Translations under genes and position numbers: made by a program
DNA from: a plasmid
Strand: one strand, 5' to 3'
Sequence record: NZ_CP118990.1
Length of the DNA stretch: 64,000 bases
In this document: piece by piece, positions 49,201 through 58,817 of the stretch
Position numbering within the stretch: the stretch's first letter is position 1
Layout: each line of letters starts with the position of its first letter
The notes under the pieces: generated by a model
What the model was told of the DNA's origin: nothing
Databases searched by the model: none
What the model saw: only the letters and a program-made list of their open reading frames with translations

Positions 49201-49304
49201 CAGCGGCCTGGCGGCACATCCTGCTGAACGGGCATTACACCTTCCAGACTGACGGCAAGTTCATCGACCTGGATGCGCTCGTGGCGGGACTGGAGCTGGG
49301 CTGA
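46275..49304 (+). CDS. tnpA: Tn3-family transposase TnpA (about 1010 aa)
   Basis: Length and the C-terminal DDE region are typical of Tn3-family TnpA. The stop lies inside the terminal IR. Confidence 0.85.
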   Translation: MSNKNKLLTVFSDAEQEALYGLPDFDDAQRLEYLALTESELAFASSRPSLQAQVYCVLQIGYFKAKHAFFRFDWHEVEDDCAFVLSRYFHGEAFERKAITKHEHYSQRGQIAELFGYRSWAASFLPQLAQQAEQIVRRDVMPGFVAAELIVWLSEHKIIRPGHTTLQELVSEALSTERRRLGGLLAEVLDESAKAALGQLLVRDDTLSQLAALKQDAKDFGWRQMAGEREKRATLKSLHGIAKALLPKLGISQQNLLYYASLANFYTVHDLRHLKAEQTRLYLLCYAWVRYRQLTDNLVDAMAFHMKKLEDESRTGAKQSFVAEQLRRHQETPQVGRLLSLYVDDSVADPTPFGEVRQRAYKIMSRELLQNTAQRMSVKPLNKLALHWQAVDGLAERIRRHLRPLYVALDFAGTAPDNPWLAALTWAKSVFAKQQRLSQRPLDECPAATLPKRLRPYLLMFDAEGTPTGLHADRYEFWLYRQVRKRFQAGELYIDDSLQHRHLSDELVSMDEKAAVLAQMDIPFLRQPVSAQLDALATELRAQWVAFNRELKQGKLTHLEYDKDTQRLTWRKPKGENQKAREQALYEQLPYCDVADVFRFVNGQCQFLSALTPLQPRYAKKVADADSLMAVIIAQAMNHGNQVMARTSDIPYHVLESTYQQYLRQATLHVANDCISNAIAALPIFPHYSFDLDSLYGAVDGQKFGVERPTVKARYSRKYFGRGKGVVAYTLLCNHVPLNGYLIGAHEYEAHHVFDIWYRNTSDIVPSAITGDMHSINKANFAILHWFGLRFEPRFTDLDDQLQELYCADDLALYEKCLIRPAGQIDRQLIVGEKANIDRIVATLGLKEMTQGTLIRKLCTYTAPNPTRRAIFEFDKLIRSIYTLRYLRDPQLERNVHRSQNRIESYHQLRSTIAQVGGKKELTGRTDIEIEISNQCARLIGNAIIFYNSAILSLLLTKYEAAGNAKALALITQMSPAAWRHILLNGHYTFQTDGKFIDLDALVAGLELG

Positions 49305-49338
49305 CGGAAATTTCTGGGATTCCGGCGTACAACCCCTA

Positions 49339-50334
49339 TTTTGAAATTTTGGCGTACTTGCTTACCGTACTGGCGGAAATATTGAGATCGTCGGCGATGG
49401 TGCTATGCGGGTATCCGGCAGCCTTCATGCTCTGAATGGCTTCCCACAACTCCCAGTTAGTCCGGCTTGTTCCCATGGGCCTCCCGCCCCCCTTGGAAAC
49501 CTTGCCCCCCTTGGCCCCTCTGGTTGCCTGAATGGCGCGGAACTCGGACGGGGTGAAATGTCGCCATACCCAACGGGCGATGCTCTTGGCCGTGGCCTTC
49601 GTCTCGGACACGGGCAACGGACCGCCCTGCTCCAGCCCAAACGCATTGGCACTGTCACAGGCAGCTCTGACAGCCTCAGCCCATGCGTCGTACCCATTGG
49701 GTCGCCAATACTCTCTGACGGCGCTGTAAGCCCACTCCCGCACGTTGTCGAACAGGGTGACGTTACGCCCTAGCCCGCTCGCCTCCTTGCGGCTGCGGCG
49801 ACTGTAGGCGGCGAGATCTTTATCCGGGCAGAACTCGGCCAGATAGTCGAGAGAATAGGGCTCAATGGGGTGCCAGACCGTCCACCAATCGCTGTGTGTG
49901 GGGTTCTTGGTGATGAGGCCTGTGAACCGCATGTCAGCCCCTAACCGATGCGCCATAACGTGTTCTATGGCGGCCAGATAGCGCAATGGCTTTCGCCTTG
50001 CTGCGCTGGTGCGGGCCACAGGGGTAGCCAGCATGTAACCGATGTGGGCACGGCCTCGATGACAGACCCCGTTCTCGTCCAGCCCTTCATCCAGGTTGAT
50101 GGCGATCCAGTGTGGAGCTGGCAGTCCAGCGGACTCCCATGCGGCGTATCCATCTGGTCGGTCGATATCGAATACCAGGCAGGCGACGTGCGGCGGCGGG
50201 TTGTGCTGGATGTGGCGATAGGCCAGCGCGGTAGCCTTCGGGCGGATCAACAGGCCCTGTGACGGGTCATCAGTACAGTAGGGGCGATGAGGCAGACGTT
50301 CGACAAACGAGGCGCGAGAGGCTGTTTTCGTCAA
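49339..50334 (-). CDS. rep: Plasmid replication initiator (Replicase/PriCT-type Rep with a C-terminal HTH)
   Basis: 332 aa with a C-terminal STIADDLNISASTVSKYAKI HTH. Its stop codon directly abuts the transposon IR. Confidence 0.5.
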
Positions 50335-50516
50335 TGATGCCCGCGCTTATTGGCGGGGCAGGGTTGTTTAGCGTGATCCATGTGTTATTATTTTCCTGTT
50401 CTTAGTGAACGACCCCGAACTCTCTTACCGACTCCGCCAAGATGAAGATAAGAGATTCGGGGTTTGTCTTTTCTGGCCAGTACGTTACCGCAGGCGGTCA
50501 CACCTTACAACGTCCG

Positions 50517-50804
50517 CTAATCAAGACGTGACATGGCATCCAGATATACCTCTTCCCGTTCGCGCCTCCCCACTGCGACCACGAATACCACCACCCGATC
50601 ATCCTGTACCTGGTAAACCAACCGATACCCCGCGCCACGCAATTTGATCTTGTAGCAATCAGACATCCCATTCAGCCTGTTTGCCTCAATCCTGGGGCGC
50701 TCGATCACCTCTGAAAGTTTCTTTTTGAACTGCTGGCGAACGGTATCGCCCAACTTTTTCCACTCTTTCCACGCTCGCGGATCAAACTCGAGTTCAAAGG
50801 TCAT
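50517..50804 (-). CDS. relE: RelE/ParE toxin
   Basis: 95 aa; KLRGAGYRLVYQVQDDRVVVFVVAVGRRE is a typical RelE C-terminus. Confidence 0.8.
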   Translation of the reverse strand: MTFELEFDPRAWKEWKKLGDTVRQQFKKKLSEVIERPRIEANRLNGMSDCYKIKLRGAGYRLVYQVQDDRVVVFVVAVGRREREEVYLDAMSRLD

Positions 50805-51036
50805 CCAGCGATACCTTGATGCCTTTCTGCGGGCTGGCCAAGCGCTCTCGCACGATGGCTAACAGTGCCTCTTCGTCCTCCGTCACCACGGTAGTGCGAA
50901 ACGGGCTCCGCCCCTGAGAGGCCACATACTCCAGGGTTTGCCGGATAATATCCGAGGGGGTCACCCCCAATTTGTCCAGCACCGCAAATGAACGTGCCTT
51001 CAGTTCATCATCAATGCGCAGGTTAATCGTGCCCAT
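50794..51036 (-). CDS. relB: RelB/DinJ antitoxin
   Basis: INLRIDDELKARSFAVLDKLGVTPSDIIRQ ribbon-helix-helix; overlaps relE. Confidence 0.75.
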   Translation of the reverse strand: MGTINLRIDDELKARSFAVLDKLGVTPSDIIRQTLEYVASQGRSPFRTTVVTEDEEALLAIVRERLASPQKGIKVSLDDL

Positions 51037-51214
51037 AACCGCCTCACTTTGTAATTTCAAACGCCATTACATTGTAATACTGGCAATACCGTTGCACAAC
51101 CAGAACTAGGGAGTGCAGGCCGGACGAACTCATGGAGTCTGGAACTTATTTTGATTGCTCATTGCATGTGCTTTTCTGTATTTTTACAAAACCACAAATA
51201 ATGAGAATTCAACC

Positions 51215-51844
51215 ATGATCATCGGACTGCTCAACCAGAAGGGCGGCGTTGGCAAGACCACCCTCAGCGTGAACCTGGCGGCTAGCTTGGCCCGCCGCGG
51301 CTTTCGGGTTCTTCTGATCGATGCCGATCCACAAGGCTCCGCCCTGGACTGGGCCGCAGCTCGTGATGGCGAGCCCCTGTTCTCGGTCGTCGGCCTCCCC
51401 AGAGCCACCGTGCATAAGGAGATCGGACAACTCGGCCAGGGCTATGACCACATTGTCATCGACGGACCACCACGGGTAACCGACCTCGCTCGCTCCGCGA
51501 TCATGGCCGCTGATGTGGTGCTGATCCCGGTACAACCCAGCCCCTACGACATCTGGGCAGCAGACGAGGTGGTGAAGCTGATTGAAGAGGCTCGCATCTA
51601 CAAGGAAGGACTGAAAGCCGCTTTTGTGGTTAATCGTAAAATCGCAAATACAGCCATAGGGCGGGATGTTGGTGCAGCTCTGGCCGCCTACCCCATACCT
51701 GTCCTAACCGCCAGTATCACCCAGCGCGTAGTGTTCGCAGAGGCCGCAGCCCAAGGCCGCGCTGTTCATGAAACTGATGAGACCGGTCCAGCCGCCGCAG
51801 AGATCGATGCCGTCATGGCAGAATTGATGGAGATTGCACGATGA
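51215..51844 (+). CDS. parA: ParA-family partition ATPase
   Basis: Deviant Walker A LLNQKGGVGKTT. Confidence 0.85.
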   Translation: MIIGLLNQKGGVGKTTLSVNLAASLARRGFRVLLIDADPQGSALDWAAARDGEPLFSVVGLPRATVHKEIGQLGQGYDHIVIDGPPRVTDLARSAIMAADVVLIPVQPSPYDIWAADEVVKLIEEARIYKEGLKAAFVVNRKIANTAIGRDVGAALAAYPIPVLTASITQRVVFAEAAAQGRAVHETDETGPAAAEIDAVMAELMEIAR

Positions 51845-52074
51845 GCAAGAAGGTCACCATCGGCGCCAAGCCGACCAGCAAGAGTGCGCAGGCCTCCGCC
51901 GATGAGTGGGTAGAGAACCGCAGCACCGGCAATGCACCTGAGCCGATGAAGCGGCTCACCATCGACATCCCCGAAAGCCTGCACCGCGCAATCAAGATGC
52001 AATGTGCATCGCGCGGAGCCAAGATCGCGGACGAGGTGCGCGAACTGCTTTTGAAGAAATACGGAAATCTGTAA
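51841..52074 (+). CDS. ParG/CopG-like ribbon-helix-helix partition protein
   Basis: 77 aa; overlaps the parA stop; RHH signature LTIDIPESLHRAIK. Confidence 0.55.
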   Translation: MSKKVTIGAKPTSKSAQASADEWVENRSTGNAPEPMKRLTIDIPESLHRAIKMQCASRGAKIADEVRELLLKKYGNL

Positions 52075-52123
52075 TTGCGATTTTGATAGGCAGCAAAAAG
52101 GGGCGGCGGATTTACCGTAACGC

Positions 52124-53513
52124 CCCTTCATGTACAGGACCTTAAGCGGCGAGTCCATTTAAAACGCCTTCCAAGGTCCTGTTCTGTATCGACTTTCTCT
52201 GCTTGGTTCGGCAGGCGTTCTTGGCCAAATAATCGGCAGCCCATTCCAATCTTTCCCTTATTTCTGTCAGCGCCCTATGGGCCACTGCTTCCAATAGCGG
52301 TAGCCACCACGTCGCACTGTTCTTCGACGCTTTCAGCATCGATAGCGCCCCACTCATCACACTCTGCGCGACCCGTCTCTTCATCACCAGCGACAGCAGG
52401 CTCGTCCACACCAACCCCTCGGCAATCGCTTTCTCGCCCGTCACAAACCCCTTGAGCCGGTTGTGCGATTTCCACTCTTTAAATAACAACTCCACCTGCC
52501 AACGGCAGCGATACAGGCTCATCACCTGCTCTGCTGACCATGCTGCTCGCGGTAGGTTCGTCATCCACAGACAGAACCGCTTTTCCTCAGCAAACCAGCG
52601 CCGGATCAACCGGTACTCGACCTGGCCGGACTTCACCACCATATCCAGTACCTCGGCCCGACAGCGTCGCCGTCCGGCCTCTCTCAGAGATAGTCCCGCC
52701 AGCTTGGGTACTTCCCGTCCATCACCGCGCCAGGCTTGGATTATCTTGGGGTTCAGGCTTTTCGTGCCGCGCACCAGATAAAATCCGCCAGCGTCGTTCA
52801 CCTGCTCAAACCAAGCCCTGTCAATGTAACCTGCGTCAGCCAGCAGCAGGCAGTTGGTCAGCGTGTGGGCTTCAGGCAGAAATTGCCGTTCCCCTGCGGT
52901 ATCGGCAGACACACTCATGCACAACGGGCTCTGCTCCGACAGTGACATGGTCATATGGCACTCGATAGCTGCCGGACTGATGGTCTTGAACCGGCCGGGA
53001 AAATCAGCAGCAAGGCGCCGATGCACCGCAAAGGAGGTGCCATCGTGCAGTAACACCTGCTTGAACGCGCCGAGGGAGGCTGCTTTGAGTTGATGGTCGA
53101 TACGCAAGGCGATGGCCCGCTCGACCAGGGCTTTCATAAACAGGGCAAAGCTCTCTTTGCGCAGCTGATTGTGAAACGGTTTGTAAGAAACCTGATGGGT
53201 GTTTACCAGTTGCAAGGCATTGAAATGGCGGTGTAAACCGGCAATGTCATTGACCTGGTCGCCTCCCATGGCCCGCAGCAGTGCAGGTACGAGCATGGCT
53301 GGGGTAATGGCACGCTGACGCAGACAAAACTTGCAGAGCCGAGCAATGCGCTCGAGTGCGGCGGGAGCCAAGAGTTGCTCCAGATAGTAATTAGCGTTGA
53401 TAATAGTCATAGGCTTCGCGCGTGTTGATTTTGTTTGGCGATAAAATCAGATCACAAACGAAGCCTTTTTTATATCTATTTCAATTGGTTGCCGCTAAAG
53501 ATCCTGTACATGA
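52124..53513 (-). mobile_element. IS4-family insertion sequence, copy A (Tnp 52142-53410, 422 aa)
   Basis: Terminal IRs TCATGTACAGGACCTTAAGCGGC / GCCGCTAAAGATCCTGTACATGA. DDE transposase. Confidence 0.7.
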
Positions 53514-53727
53514 GTGAGGGTTATGGTGGCTATATGCTGGATATTGCTATTCAGATGACAGCCATATGGGGAAGATTACAGGCGCCTGAAATAACAGCAG
53601 AGTATGGAGTGACTACCACGGCTGGAGGTTGGCACGGGCTGATCCCCTCTCCCTTTGGGAGAGGGTTAGGGTGAGGGGAGCTGGCTGACCGGGTGTAGCA
53701 ACCAGGCGGCATTACACCGCTGAATCT

Positions 53728-54129
53728 TCAGTTATTGAAATTCCACGCGATCGGCAGTTCGACGTCGAAGATAAGTGCATCCCCGTCGAGGCGAAAGGCC
53801 AGGCTGGTCTGGTGCTGGTCGTATTCGTTGATAATCAGGCAGCTCTCGGCGAAGTTGGACTCGTAGTTGATATGGGCCACTCCTTCACGGCCGTCAGCGA
53901 GTTCGATGCTGAGCACCCGCAGCGGGTTCTCCTGACTGAGGTTGACCCGGGTGTCCCCCACGTCCACCAGCCGTTCCAGCAGAGGGAAGAAATCTTGTCT
54001 GTGGGTCGTTATGGCCTGGGTGATGGCCTGCTCCAGCTCAGCCTGGGTGGCGAAGGGGCCGCCGAGTGGGTAGCGGGTCTGGATCCTTTCCTGAGTCATT
54101 GCGTTTCCTCCTGAACTGAGATGTGGCAA
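53728..54129 (-). CDS. hypothetical protein (133 aa) trapped between the two IS copies
   Basis: ORF with a GAGGAAACGCAATG RBS. Confidence 0.4.
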   Translation of the reverse strand: MPHLSSGGNAMTQERIQTRYPLGGPFATQAELEQAITQAITTHRQDFFPLLERLVDVGDTRVNLSQENPLRVLSIELADGREGVAHINYESNFAESCLIINEYDQHQTSLAFRLDGDALIFDVELPIAWNFNN

Positions 54130-54153
54130 CAGTTTGGCCGCTGCAGTGACCTG

Positions 54154-55550
54154 TCATGTACAGGATCTTTAGCTACAACCAATTGAAATAGATAGAAAAA
54201 AGGCTTCGTTTGTGATCTGATTTAATCGCAAAAAAAAACCGACACGCCCGAAGCCATGACTATTATCAATGCAACCCAGTACCTCAAGCAACTTCTTAGC
54301 TCTTCTGAACTCAACCGGATCGGTAAATTTACCGGTTTTTGTCAGCGACTCCGGGATATCCAGCCTGCGAGACTACTCCCGGCTCTGCTCTCAGGGCTTG
54401 GTTGCGACAAGGTGGATGGTATTGCTGGTTTGCATCGCCATTTCAATGCGTTGCAGCTCCATGATACTGACCAAATAGCGTATAAACCCTTTCACAACCA
54501 GTTACGCAAGCAGGGTTTTCCCTTGTTCATGCGCGCACTGGTTGAACGAGCCATCGCCTTACGCCTCAAGGAGTGTCTACCGGACGCCCACGGACTGGCA
54601 GGCTTTGAGCAGGTACTGCTGCAGGACGGGTCGTCATTCGCGTTACATCCGCAATTGGCAGAACATTTCCCGGGCCGATTCAATAAGCACAGCCCCGCTG
54701 CGGTAGAGTGTCATATGACCATGTCCTTGCTGGACCAGTCGCCGATATCGATGAGTATCACGGCGGATACCGAATCGGAGCGCAAGCATCTTCCGGCCGA
54801 AAATTCGTTAAATAACAAACTGTTATTGGCGGATGCCGGTTACATCAGCCGCGAGTACTTTGCTGATGTGACCAAAGCCAAAGGAAGCTATCTGGTCAGA
54901 GGGAGTCAAAATCTCAATCCCAAAGTACAGGCAGCTTACCGACAGGACGGCAGGGAAATGCCCAAGTTACTCGGAAAAAAGCTCAAGGATATCGATCGGA
55001 GAAGCTGCAGAGCCGAGGTTCTGGATCTGGATGTGAGTTCGGGAAAGTATAAATATCGACTCATAAGACGTTGGTTTGCAGAGGAAAAACGGTTCTGTAT
55101 ATGGATGACCAATCTTCCGCGTGAGCGATGGCCAGCCGAGAAGGTGATGGCATTGTATCGTTGCCGTTGGCAGATCGAACTGTTGTTCAAAGAGCTGAAA
55201 TCACATAACCGGTTGAAGGCGTTCGCGACACGACAAAAAGCGATAGCGGAAGGCTTGATCTGGGCTAGTTTGCTGGCCTTGCTGGTCAAACGTCGGCTGG
55301 CGCTGACGCTGATTGGCAGCGCGGAGTTATCGATGCTGAAGATTGCCAAAAACAGCGCGCTTTGGTTAATGCCGATATTGGCGAGCATCATCCATGGTGC
55401 GTGGCAGGAAATAACAGAGAAGTTGGAGTGGGCAATGGTGTATTTATCCAAAAACGGCAAAAAGAGTAGGCAGAGAAAATCCAAGCAAAACAACACGTTA
55501 GACGGTATTATTAATTCGCTTGCCGCTTAAGGTTCTGTACATGAACGCCC
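54154..55550 (+). mobile_element. IS4-family insertion sequence, copy B (Tnp 54256-55530, 424 aa), inverted relative to copy A and about 65% aa identical
   Basis: Ends TCATGTACAGGATCTTTAGC / GCCGCTTAAGGTTCTGTACATGA. Inner ends of A and B are reverse complements. Confidence 0.7.
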
Positions 55551-55613
55551 CTTATGCGCAATTTTTTGGGGGCGACAATTCAATAATAAAGATAATTCCC
55601 TTCATCCATATGT

Positions 55614-56234
55614 TTAATATTCATCATCTGTATCGCTGTAAAACCAACCCTCGTTTTCACTACGGAAACAACTTTCAGAATAATCACTCGCCTCATCAAA
55701 AATTTCCTTTCTCACCTCCTCCCTGGCCTTAAATTCATCAGAGCTTAATTCATTCTCACTCCAACTATATTCCTTGGCGAGGCGTTCAATTTCTAGCAAG
55801 GCATTTACCTGAATGAATACTGAAATGACTTCTGGCAATCTTGTTTTTTCTTGATGAGTTAAACGACGAAGCCTAGGTCTAACGATACTTTTATCATACA
55901 AAATTATTTCATTTCTCTCGAAATGAAATAATTCTACATACTTATCTTTTTGATCTGAACGAGTTGTTCTATCGAAGGCAACAATACTACCAAACCCATA
56001 TCCTTCATCGATAAAACCAAACCACAAAATTTTTATATAAAATCTATAATCCATATCACTAAGTGAGTGATTATGGGAGCGCTTCAGCAATTGCTCCTTA
56101 ATACATTCAGTAGTCAATTCCAAATCATCAGGATCATCTTTATCCATAGATAACTTAAGCTTAGCTGCCATACCATAATTACTGAGTTCCTTTTTCATAA
56201 AACCTCCATGACTACAACGGATGCAACATATCAC
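55614..56234 (-). CDS. hypothetical low-GC protein
   Basis: ORF only. Confidence 0.3.
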   Translation of the reverse strand: MICCIRCSHGGFMKKELSNYGMAAKLKLSMDKDDPDDLELTTECIKEQLLKRSHNHSLSDMDYRFYIKILWFGFIDEGYGFGSIVAFDRTTRSDQKDKYVELFHFERNEIILYDKSIVRPRLRRLTHQEKTRLPEVISVFIQVNALLEIERLAKEYSWSENELSSDEFKAREEVRKEIFDEASDYSESCFRSENEGWFYSDTDDEY

Positions 56235-56478
56235 AAGCAGAACATCAAGAGAAAAATGAACTCATGCCATATGTGACAAGATATGAAAAATGCGTTCTAA
56301 AACGATAGTTTGAGTTACGCTATTTGTGTTCAAGAGCCTATGGCGACCACCAGGCGGCGCCGATCATTACCAGTTGCACTAGAGTGGAACAGAGTGATGG
56401 TTTACATGGGGTATGCTCAGACACAAGGAATAGTGCAGAGCAGCATTAGATATAAGGTTCCACTAAAACATAGATCAA

Positions 56479-56736
56479 TTAATTTTGGTTATCACAATTA
56501 TATGTTGTGATTAATGACTCACCATTTACCACCACGGTCACTCCACCCTTGTCGATGATTTTTTTAAGATGGCGTAATGAATCCTGTAACTCAGACAAAA
56601 GCTTAACTGCATCCTTTTGCCGAAGAACATATTTGTCATTGCTTTCTAATTTTCCGTAGTCTAGGGCCAGATCAACCATGCGCTTACTGATTCCACGTTG
56701 TGTCATTCGCTGCTTGAAGTGATGCGTACATTCCAT
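56479..56736 (-). CDS. DUF4258-like small protein (putative toxin-like RNase fold)
   Basis: HFKQRMTQRGISKRMVDLALDYGK resembles the DUF4258 HAxERMxERGI pattern. No obvious antitoxin partner. Confidence 0.35.
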   Translation of the reverse strand: MECTHHFKQRMTQRGISKRMVDLALDYGKLESNDKYVLRQKDAVKLLSELQDSLRHLKKIIDKGGVTVVVNGESLITTYNCDNQN

Positions 56737-56792
56737 GTTCTAACCCTCCAGTAATACACTCTCACCATTTTTGACCAACCCTCTAGTTACTG

Positions 56793-57377
56793 TTATTTCG
56801 TAACTGGAAGTTGCTCTCGAATTGCCAATGCACTCTCCCGTTCGGCCACTAAGGCTTCGCGTTTAGCCAACACCGCTTCGCGATCCATCACTACAGCCTC
56901 ACGTTTTTTCAACGCTTCCATACGGTGATAGTCAGCACTCATTGCCTCAATCTCCTTAGTTAGTTTCTTGATGTCCCCCTTCTGCCTGTTCAGATACTTT
57001 TTAACTTCCCTCCAATCAATGCCTTCCCGAACGCAAAACGCCTCCTGTTCTCGTTCCTCATCCGCTTCCCTTTCCAGAAGCTTATTCATTAAGTCACGAG
57101 CGTACTGCGCTGCGTTGCGGCTGGCCTCGCGTCTGACCTCTTGAAACTCATTCCAATCCATACCTCGTTCAGCACACCACGCCTTATCAAGAGCTTCTCG
57201 CTCTGCCTCCAATTCACGCCATTTAGCTTCACGCTCGGCCAATTCGGCTGCCTTGCGAGCACGATAGTCGGCGGAGCGCTCTGCGGAGGTTTTGGCGATC
57301 CCTGTACTGGGGCGGCCGCGCTTTTTCATCTCTTCCATTCCATGCTCTCTTTTGTACTGCGTGTCATCTTGATTCAA
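56793..57377 (-). CDS. Coiled-coil protein with an N-terminal KRGRP motif (KfrA-like?)
   Basis: Highly charged heptad-like E/R/K/A repeats. Confidence 0.3.
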   Translation of the reverse strand: MNQDDTQYKREHGMEEMKKRGRPSTGIAKTSAERSADYRARKAAELAEREAKWRELEAEREALDKAWCAERGMDWNEFQEVRREASRNAAQYARDLMNKLLEREADEEREQEAFCVREGIDWREVKKYLNRQKGDIKKLTKEIEAMSADYHRMEALKKREAVVMDREAVLAKREALVAERESALAIREQLPVTK

Positions 57378-57826
57378 AGAATAATCGCTCCGTCACTATA
57401 ATGCAATTGGTGACGACACAAAAAAGTAGATAATTTTTAACCGCAAAAGATCCCGTTTGAGGAGTAAACGAGGTGCGCCTAACGCCTTTTATGTTCAATA
57501 GCCGATTTCGCATACCAAAACGGCAACTCCAGTCAAAACCAGCCTCCTGTATCGCGTTTTGGTTCATTGCAACACCCAAGGCAGTGCATTTGCTGCCTGA
57601 AAGTTTGCAACGCTTCTGAGGCGGTTTTAGGGCCGGATCCTGCAGGGTGTTTCTGGATCTGGCCACACTCCCGAACGGGGACGACTAGCGCAGTCTGTCG
57701 CGCCCCCTTCGGGAGTCGCCAAGCGCAGCGCGGCAGGCAGTTAGACCCGCATCCAGCGCAGCAGCAGGGCCAGCGCCGCAATCCATGCCGCCACATCCCA
57801 CGAAGGCCCGGCTAAGACGCTGTAAA

Positions 57827-57865
57827 GGGGGAGCCCGCAGAATTCGGAAAAAATCGTACGCTAAG
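57827..57865 (+). repeat. Tn21/Tn501-type terminal inverted repeat GGGGGAGCCCGCAGAATTCGGAAAAAATCGTACGCTAAG
   Basis: Near-identical to the Tn501 IR; adjacent to the tnpA C-terminal remnant. Confidence 0.8.
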
Positions 57866-58481
57866 GTTTTCCGGGCATCCGTAGGGGCCGAAACTTCCCG
57901 TCTTCCAGTCTGCGGCTCTGCCGCCAGACGTAATCGCCGGTTAGGTTGATGTGCTCCCAGCCCAGCGGCGACAGGAATTGCAGCAGCTCGCCGTCCACCG
58001 GCTTGCCGGCCTCGACCAACCCCTGGGTGGCGCGCTCCAGGTACACCGTGTTCCACAGCACGATAGCCGCCGTCACCAGGTTGAGGCCGCTGGCCCGGTA
58101 GCGCTGCTGCTCACGGATCAGCGCACGCTCGAACTCGGCGAAGGCCCCCATCACCGACAGCATCAGGTTGGCCATCGGCGAGTCCTCGCCGGTGAATACC
58201 AGCCCCTCCTTCAAGAACTCGATGCGTACGCCGCGCTGGGTCAGCTTCTGTACAAGGCGGCGCAGGTCGTCGAGGTTGCGGGCCAGACGATCCATGCTGT
58301 GCACCACCACGGTGTCGCCCTCGCGGACGAAGCTCAGTAGCGCTTCGAGCTGGGGGCGCTGGGTGTCCTTTCCCGAGGCTTTGTCGGTGAACACCTTGCT
58401 CACCTGGGTCTGTTCCAGCTGGCGTTCCGGGTTCTGGTCGAAGCTGCTGACCCGGACGTAGCCGATGCGGTGCCCCTGCAC
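57861..58481 (-). pseudogene. In-frame tnpR::tnpA deletion fusion: Tn21-type resolvase N-terminal 125 aa joined to a TnpA C-terminal about 80 aa
   Basis: [24 protein letters not shown]... (resolvase) then ...[14 protein letters not shown]...[10 protein letters not shown] (TnpA C-terminus, compare 29947-32940). Confidence 0.7.
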
Positions 58482-58817
58482 GATGTCTCCTTGGTTGAAG
58501 GCGGCTTAAGTGCTCCTTCTGTTCCGTTGTGCCTCAAACCCCGTTTCTGTCAGGCTGAAATCTATGACCTTCGCGGGCATGTGTCAAAAAATGCGAAAGA
58601 TGACTCTATTCTGACGAAGCGGCGCGGCCTTGCCTGACATCCAGTTAGGGTATAGCCTAGATTGACATGCGCGATGCAACCCTTAACTTGCTTGCACCTA
58701 TCGTTTCCATGCTAAATAGCTGTTCCGAATAGTAGATCACCGGAGGAAGGGAACTCAGTCCAGTTTGTGCGATCTGATTAGTCGCTAAACAAAACAAGCC
58801 ACACCCAAAGGACTGAG

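Larger units (their letters stand above)
42190..49336. mobile_element. Tn3-family transposon: IR, HD-GYP gene (frameshifted), internal IR-like copy, small genes, higBA-like pair, tnpR, tnpA, IR
   Basis: 38-bp ends GGGGATGTAAGCCGGAACCCCAGAAATTTCCGTCACCC (42190-42227) and the reverse complement of 49299-49336, GGGGTTGTACGCCGGAATCCCAGAAATTTCCGTCAGCC. A third same-orientation copy, CAGCCGGAACCGCCGAAATTTCCGTCAG, is at 43703-43732. Flanks are gtcag / tattt, so no target-site duplication (TSD). Confidence 0.7.
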
